DNA from: Azolla caroliniana | Taxonomy: Eukaryota > Plantae > Polypodiophyta | Reading direction: 5' to 3' | DNA length: 64,000 nucleotides | Assembly (NCBI GenBank): GCA_043228905.1 | Contig: JBHGNT010000094.1 | Location: 28,542 to 92,541, forward strand | Shown: positions 57,027 through 64,000 of the stretch, one piece after another | Layout of the letters: each line of letters opens with the position of its first letter | Position numbering within the stretch: the first letter of the stretch is position 1 | Made by a program: the position numbers and the translations under genes | The notes under the pieces: model-generated | Seen by the model: the letters and a program-made list of their open reading frames with translations, nothing else | What the model was told of the DNA's origin: nothing | Databases searched by the model: none

Positions 57027-59683
57027 GGCCGGGAGTGGATTCGAAGTGCAAGGCACTTTCCCACGGGCGTGCCAAAATAGTGTTGTCTGCCTGGCCGGAC
57101 TAGCCTCAACACAGGTGTCTATCCGACACTTCTCCAAAGGGGTGGTAAGGATTGGATGCTAGGTTACACGCGTAAGATGATTACAATTAAGCACAGACGG
57201 TAAAACAATACAGAGATATAGATAAACACGCAATAATTCTATTTGTATTACTTACGTCCCCAAAACCTTTACAAATCATCGGATCCTTTTATAGGCATCC
57301 GGCAAGGTTACAATCGGTGCGCTTAGGCAACCGGCATCCGAATCGGTCCGGATCCGGATAGGTACAACTGTACCGGATCCGTCCCTCCGAATAATAATTC
57401 TACTATTATTTACTTCCTATTATCCGATCCGACTCCGCCTTCCCACTTGTCCTTGCTCTTCTGATCGGTCAACAACGACCGCGAGGAACCTTCAACTCCG
57501 CCAAGATTTGAACAACATCCAACAAAGGGATATGTCCATCACAAGCTACACCTTGAAGATCAAGGAGCTTTGTGATGCACTCGGCTCAATAAGCGTCAAT
57601 GTGGAGGATGAAGAAATGGTGCAAACATGTTGCCTTCATCAATGACTTCTCTAGATACCCATGGGTCTTTCCCATGAGGATGAAGTGCGAAGTGTTTACA
57701 CACTTCCAAAAATTCAAAAATGAAATCGAAAAGACAACTGGCCGCCATGTACGATTTCTTCGGTCGGATGGAGGAAAGGAATACTTCTCCGATGCGTTCA
57801 CGGCATACCTTCGACAAGAAGGAATTCGGCGAGAATTCACTTGCTGACACATACCGCAACTCCTAGTGTTCCATGCACGCACGAAGCATATCGAAGTGCA
57901 CTATCACTTCATTCGAGAGCGCGTTCAAGCTGGCGATGTTGACCTTCAACATATCACTACGAATCTTCAGACAACCGACATCTTCACCAAAGCCCTAGGA
58001 GCCAACAAGCTTCGGCAATTCCTATCAAACCTTGGATTGACGGTCCCTAACTTGCCAAGCTTGAGGGGCAGTACAAGCGAAAACCGGATACCTTCCGAAC
58101 TAGATACGAGCCAAAGCGGACATCAACCGAAGTAGCCGACCAAAGTTGAGCTTGAGGGGGCGTGTTGAGAATCAAGCTCAACCTAGTCTAGTGTGTGAAC
58201 ACACTCTTGAGAGTGTGCACTCAAAGGTCAAAAGTCACCACTCTTATCTACACATTAACTATGTGTCATAGAATCATATTCTATGACACATAACTAATGA
58301 GTTTTCACATTCCCCATGACCCATGAGCTTCGGTAGTTAATAAAGAGAGAGAGTGACTATATAAAGCACTCTCCTCCTACTTTGTAATTAGTTCGGTTAA
58401 TCTCCTTTGTAATGTACATCGTCTTGAGTATTCTACTGTTGTGTTTAAAATCTATCTATCTTGTGTTTCTCTCTCTCTCTCTCTCTCTCATACACACACA
58501 CTTACAACACATATCTCTAGTCTATTCCGCTGCACAAGAATCACCTTTGATTCTTTACATTTATTTTTCATAGATCCACTTTACATATTAAAATTGCATA
58601 GGAAAACAACTCAGACAAAACCACATGCACAAAAACCATGGGTTTAATGTTAATCCATGGTTTTGTGCATGCTACAAAGCCAGCTTTTGATAAAGTAACC
58701 ATAGTTATCCTCAAAGTAACCATGGTTCACATGGCTTTGAGGTACTATATAAGACCCTAGCAAGGCTTGTGTAAGGGGAAAGGAGAAAAGGGGAAGACGA
58801 CGCAAAAACTTTGTTGTTTTGAAAGGTGGAAGAGCGCAAAGATGAATCTCAATCAAGAGGGTGTGAGATATCAACATCAAGAAGAGGCAACGAAGTCGTC
58901 GATCGTTGGGTCTATTCACCAAACTCAAGGATTTCCCCCCTTTTCGATGCTTCATTCAATTTTTTACTCCATTCTCTTTCCCCTTTCCTTGTGAACTATC
59001 TCTCCTTAAAGAAGAACCCGTTGTAACTTGAAAAACCTTATTTTTATAAAAGGCGGTATTGCTTTGTGATCAAGTGTTGTTTTCTTGCTTAGAGAAATAT
59101 GGTTCACTAGGCCATGTCGTTACGCTTACAACAACATATGTACAAATTTCATCTAAACTCAAATGTTTAGGATGCCTAGGTAAAGATTGCATGTCTATTG
59201 TGCATTTTGCATTCCTTCCTAAAATGCCTAATCAATGATGCATGTTGTATTAATAAAGCAATCCGACACTAAGTTGTATGGGTATGGTGGTGAGACAATG
59301 TCATCCTTGGGGATCACCTTAATTACTACCTTGCATGCAACGAGGACACACTCCCAAGCAACCATTGTGTACTTATTCACATTATGCATATCCAAAAGCT
59401 AAATCATGTGTTGCCCTATGGATGTCTTGTATCGATTTGGCATGTTGTATGAGGGTGGTGGTGAGAATATTATTTGAGGAAATTAAACTAAAAAGACAAA
59501 AGAAACTCTAGAGACCAAACATAAGGACAATGTGATTATAACAATGGGAATCAACTACTAAATCATCAAATAATCATTTACCTAAACACAATGTGATTAC
59601 AACAACGCTCACTATTAGGATAATTACAACATTGATTGTTGCATGTGTAGTGTTGGGGAGAAATGTTAATAACCCTACATACA

Positions 59684-60084
59684 TGTTGAGCGGCAAGCTC
59701 AACTGGAGCCGGATTGGCTGGATAAGCTTGAGCCAGTGAGCGAGACGGATCGGTAAGCTGGTGAGCAACCGAGCCGACAAACAATAGAGCCGATTAGCCG
59801 GATCCAATCGGTAACCGGAAGCCTAGTATTAGTTTAGACTACTAGGCAGTTATAGTCTCATAGTAAGTGTCAGATGCTCGTGTGAGCATTGAAGTACGCG
59901 GTACTTCTGTTAGTCCCACGAGGACTTGTATAAATAGTGCTACTGAGCATAGTTGTAAGTGACAGAGTGTTTATATTGTTTTGAATATAACTTTTGCGTT
60001 CTGCTCTCTCTCTGTCTCTCCCGTGTACTATGTGTATTCTCTGATTTCTCTGTTTTCTAACGCTTCCGCAAGTAATCATTTTCA
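59684..60084 (+). mobile_element. Solo copia LTR related to 39874-40329
   Basis: TGTTGAGCGGCAAGCTCAAC...TTTTCA with TSD ATACA (59679-59683 / 60085-60089) and a TATAAATAG box. Confidence 0.88.
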
Positions 60085-61389
60085 ATACAACATTAACAAG
60101 TATGCTAGTTGCTCACGAGTAAATATCCAAACTAATGAAAGATTGATCAATTTTTTGGGAAATATTGCAAAATATTAAAATAAGATTTTTTAAGAATGTG
60201 GGTATAGTTGGTTTTCATCCACGAGTACATGATGATATTACCTTTAAAGCTACCAAATGGGTGTATCCAATATTTGGGCTAGCAAATAATTTCCTTTGAT
60301 AGGAATGGTTTCGTTTTCGTGCTAGGCATAATATGTACAACACATGTGGTGACCACGATAATAGAGACACAATAAAAACTTCATAGAATTAGTCATGGAA
60401 AAAGGGCTAATGGTTCTAAGTCCCCTTTTAGAAATTTGATACACAATTGGAGATAAAGTATTACGCTTGTCTTTTTATTCCAATATTGTATGAGAAACAA
60501 AACAAAGTCCTCTATGGCTAGAGTGTTTATTTTTCTAGCTAAAATTATTGCAAATCAATTATCATAGTGTCCAATAATTAATTGGCATCATGCTAAATTT
60601 GAGAATCACATACTATTCCTTAACGACTTACAATAGCTAATCATAAATAACATGTCAAATACGATGTTTGAGGTCGAGCCGGCTCCACCAAAACTGTCTA
60701 GATAATGTGTATCTTATCTATCGAAAAAGGAAAATATATGAAAAGATAACTCCAAGCCATGAGAAGGAAGACAATGAATGGATAAGGACATTATGGAAGC
60801 CATCGAGGCTCGTTGGATTGGGAACAACTACCATAAAAAGAACTTAAATTAGAGATTTATAATTGCACCACATAAGACCATTCAAATCAATAAGCTACCA
60901 TCATGGTTGTTTCTTGATGTGAAAAAATCCAGCCATAACATATATAAATCAACAAGGGAGAATTACCATCGTACTATGTTCCTCCTACTTGTTCCCTTGT
61001 GAACGATGAGGGATGTGAGTGCCCTCTAACAATATAACGGTGGATGGAGAAGAACGCATCAGTGATAGAAAGGCATTCAAAGTGACATGGGGATCCTACT
61101 TTAGCAACCTAGGGTTACGCTATTGGCATTTACCAAAGGTCCCAACCACTTATACAATGACGAAGGTTCGAGTGCTTCGGAATTCGTTGTATGGCCTGGG
61201 AAATATAAGAAAACGGGGTACATTTTCCGGGAAAACGAAAGCAGTCGAAGCTTGGTGGCCATGTCGACGAACCAGAAAGAAGACAAGGAAAAGATAAGGC
61301 TTTGGCCATGTCAAGAAGCAATGGCTTTTTTTTGTGTGAGAATGTGGCAAAAGAACAAACGTATGAATGAAACAAGAGACGTATTGTGG

Positions 61390-61780
61390 CATACATACAT
61401 ACATACATACATTACATACATACATACATTACATACATTACATAGAGTATATACACACATATAAATACATACATTACATACACACATATAAATACATACA
61501 TACATACATACATTACATAGATTACATACACACATATAAATACATACATTACATACACACATATAAATACATACATTACATATACACATATAAATACATA
61601 CATTACATACACACATATAAATACATACATACATACAATCCATAGTACATACATCACATACAATACATTACATACATACGGATACGGTTTAATACGTACG
61701 TATACGTATACGGTGTAATAGCGTAGTTCATCCGTATACGTATTACGCTATGTATGTATGTATTTTTGTATGCGTGTATA
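61390..61780. repeat. Compound (TACA)n micro/minisatellite ending in a quasi-palindromic TACGTA tract
   Basis: ATACACACATATAAATACATACATTAC units; orientation switches to (TATG)n after about 61745. Confidence 0.85.
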
Positions 61781-61839
61781 TGTTTCCTGTGGATTTGCTC
61801 AGAGAAGATCAGGTATCGTCTTCGCCTTCCCATCAAAGC

Positions 61840-62730
61840 CATCGAAGGTTAGCCATGTCTTCTCTGCCCTTCTCTTTTTATGTATATGTTTGTTGTAATT
61901 TTGCTCTTTGGAATCAGCAGCCACACTTCTCCTTTGTTCTTGTTTTTTGAAGGTCAGCCATGGCTTCTCCGCTCCTCCCTGTATGCACACGTTTGTAGTA
62001 ATTTGTTCTCTCGATTTCCTTTTTGCTTTTTTTTTGAAGGTTAGCTATGGCCTCCTTGTTTTTTTCAAGGTTAGCCATGGCTTCTCTGCTCCTTTCTGTA
62101 TGTACATGCTTGTAGTAATTTGTTCTTTCGAGTCGTATACTCATCTTCCTTGTTTTTTTGAAGGTCAGCGATGGCTTCTCTACTCCTCTCTGTATGCACA
62201 CGTTGGTATTTTTTTTTATGCACATCGATTTTTTTGAAGGTTAGCTATGGCTTTTCTTCTCTTTTTTCTGTATGTACACGTTTATATAATTTTTTCTTTC
62301 GAATCGCATACGCATCATCTGTTTTTTTAGGGTTATCTATGGCTTCTCGTCTCTTTTTCTGTATGTACACGTTTATAGAATTTGTCCTTTTAATCGCATT
62401 CGCATCTTCCCTTTTTGAATGTTAGCTATGGCTTCTCTGCTCTTTTTCATAAATGTGTCCTTTCAATCGCGTATGTGTCTTCCCTTTTTGAATGTGGTCT
62501 GGCTTCTCTGCTCTTTTTTATATGTTTGTCCTTTCAATCGCATATCTGTCTTCGTTTTTTGAATGTTAACTATGCCTTCTCTGCTCTTTTTTATATGTTT
62601 GTCCTTACAATCGCATATATGTCTTCGTTTTTTGAATGTTAGCTATGGCTTCTCTGCTCTTTTTTCTATATGTCCAATTTTATGGTATTTGTTCTTTTGC
62701 ATACACATCTTCCTTTTTTGAATGTTTTCT
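61840..62730. repeat. Tandem array of 72-87-bp units
   Basis: TTTTGAA(G/T)GTTAGCTATGGCTTCTCTGCTC recurs, e.g. GAATG at 62417, 62490, 62561 and 62634. Confidence 0.82.
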
Positions 62731-63725
62731 TCTGACATTGTTTGCAATCTTTGATAGGTCATAGATGAAGACGATTCTCTCAGTCTCTGAGTGGAAAAAA
62801 ACAAAGGTTTCTTCTGGATAGAAAACACATCTAGGTCAAAATTAAGGTAATGCGCTGACAGGGAAGGCTGAAGGTTTTTCTTCACAGAAAACATGCTTAT
62901 TCTTTTCCATTCCTTAGTTGGAAACAGTCTATAGATCAGAGTGTCATTGATTTTCTGACCGAAACAAGGCAAGAGTTTCTGTACAGGAAACGTTGTAGTT
63001 ACCTTTTTCACTCCTTGAAAACACTCCTAGATCAAAGGTGAAGATGATTTCTGACAAAAACACGGTTCTTCACGTTAGATCAATTGAAAAGACAAGGTTT
63101 TTCTCTGGCTCCATGTTCTTCTCTGCTAGATCAATATAGTTTGAAGGCATACGTTTTTCATGTGCAGGAAAGAAACCACACTTCTTCTCTGACAAGAAAT
63201 TGCAAGTTTCTACCCTGAAAATCTGTCAATTAGAAGGTGATTGTCTGATAGAGAAGACGAGTTCCTTCTATGCTAGATCAACAGGAAAAGGCAAGTTTCT
63301 TTTGGTACTTTGGCAGAAGTAAATGTATTTTCTCTTTGGAAGAACAAAAGCGAAGGCAAGTTCTCTGACAGGAGGCATTCCTTCCCAATCAATTTTTCAT
63401 AGAACCATTTACTTTTCTCTCCTCTCGAGTCAGCAGTAAATCTGAAGCTGATTCTCTGACAGAGAAGTCAGGTTATTCTCTGCTTGATCAACAGAAGAAG
63501 TGGAGAATTTTTACACAATTAAACAAGTCTCCTCTCTTTTGAAACATCGAGATTTTCTGGAAGAGAATGCAAAACTTTTCTTCTCTGCTAGATCAGTATA
63601 GTAAAAAGACAAAGCTCTTCTCTGCGCGGTAAAGACGCAAGTTCATCTCTGGTAGATCAGCACAGAAAAAAAATTAAGTCCTTCTCTGGTATATCAACAG
63701 AGAAGTCTAGGTTTTCTGTACAGAA
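62730..63725. repeat. Older degenerate repeat array
   Basis: Recurrent TTCTCTGxTAGATCAA and TTCTCTGACAG motifs. Confidence 0.55.
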
Positions 63726-63746
63726 AGAAAGAAAGAAAGAAAAATC

Positions 63747-64000
63747 ATGTCTATTTTCTTTGGTAGCAGTCGGCGTCGCAAGATCTTGTTTGCTACAGTT
63801 ACCATCGCCGCCAGTGGCTATGTGTCGTATCGTCTGTACAACTCTTCTTCATTTGTTAAGAAACGCAAACAGTTGCTTCAGATCATGAGTACAATGTCCT
63901 TTTTCAGTGGAGCCATAGCTGAAGGTGCTGAATCAATGTCCATGATCTCGAAAGACTTGAAAGACTTTCTATCTTGTGAGGAAGATACAGTTCCTCGAAG
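63747..64000 (+). CDS. PP2-A10: 5' part of a host gene resembling PHLOEM PROTEIN 2-LIKE A10 (runs off the window)
   Basis: MSIFFGSSRRRKILFATVTIAASGYVSYRLYNSSSFVKKRKQLLQIMSTMSFFSGAIAEGAESMSMISKDLKDFLSCEEDTVPR matches the remembered family N-terminus (RRRK..SGYGAYKVY..KR..SKDLKEFL.SDSDEIP). Absent from the ORF track because there is no stop in the window. Confidence 0.75.
   Translation, partial: MSIFFGSSRRRKILFATVTIAASGYVSYRLYNSSSFVKKRKQLLQIMSTMSFFSGAIAEGAESMSMISKDLKDFLSCEEDTVPR

Larger units (their letters stand above)
47645..57474 (+). mobile_element. Ty3/gypsy element E (Athila/Tat-like non-chromovirus) with inverted LTRs and an extra 3' ORF
   Basis: 47645-47806 is the reverse complement of 57071-57232 (4 mismatches). 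PBS TGGCGACCAC at 47803. Gag-pol plus ORF2. Right LTR 57081-57474 has TG..CA ends and a minus-strand TATAAAAG at 57293-57286. Confidence 0.9.
43794..58559 (+). mobile_element. Miniature, internally deleted copia C element (~1.9 kb without the nested insert)
   Basis: LTRs at 43794-44188 and 58163-58559 differ by 2 substitutions plus one CT unit. TSD TTTAT. PBS at 44189. Gag 44344-44648 resumes at 57480, followed by an IN core piece and the RNase H tail. Confidence 0.93.
43585..59133 (+). repeat. Probable old Phygy-like LTR (43585-43793 + about 58565-59133) hosting the copia C nest
   Basis: Starts TGTCGTGATGTTTTCGAC, has B-box-like motifs like the other Phygy-like LTRs, and TATATAA at about 58746. 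The right end (TTACAACA) is tentative. Confidence 0.45.

Noticed and set aside
57035-57074. A genuine tRNA-Arg gene
   Set aside because: No D-arm or anticodon arm upstream, a hairpin is inserted in the T-loop, and CCA is encoded; it is only a 3' partial mimic.
47645-57474. DIRS/tyrosine-recombinase element or a DNA transposon with long TIRs
   Set aside because: It encodes gypsy-order PR-RT-RH-DDE integrase, has TG..CA ends and a 5-bp TSD, and shows no YR or transposase motifs.
61311-61663. ORFs rich in Y/I/H/T or V/C/M (also 32129-32428 and the poly-E at 27285)
   Set aside because: These are translations of microsatellites.

Overview
Eukaryotic, almost certainly land-plant DNA, probably a seed-free plant such as a fern, lycophyte or bryophyte (inferred from TE types, not certain). 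Most of the window is nested transposable elements; the only clear host gene is the start of a PP2-A10-like CDS at 63747. From left to right: (1) a decayed, intron-containing DDE transposase with a DFAENY...SDG..SQF motif (Sola-like); (2) a full-length tRNA-Trp-primed gypsy element (3485-10562) with a GGATTTT/pseudoknot -1 frameshift signal; (3) a copia element whose two halves are inverted relative to each other (split TSD ATAAG) and whose 3' LTR hosts a young gag-PR-only element and a second copia; (4) a decayed coiled-coil/RING-H2 gene split by a solo LTR; (5) further copia and gypsy fragments; (6) a miniature copia (43794-58559) carrying a 12.8-kb nested insert. The main candidate for something new is a gypsy system made of one coding element (E, 47645-57474) and two non-coding partners (D1 35513-39207, D2 44649-47646). 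In all three, the polypurine tract is replaced by a conserved tRNA-Arg-like T-arm/acceptor sequence ending in CCA. The coding element has inverted LTRs, each followed by an inward-facing tRNA-Arg PBS, and it is fused head-to-head with D2 inside a single 5-bp TSD. All alignments were done by eye, and tRNA identities and lineage names are from memory and need database confirmation.
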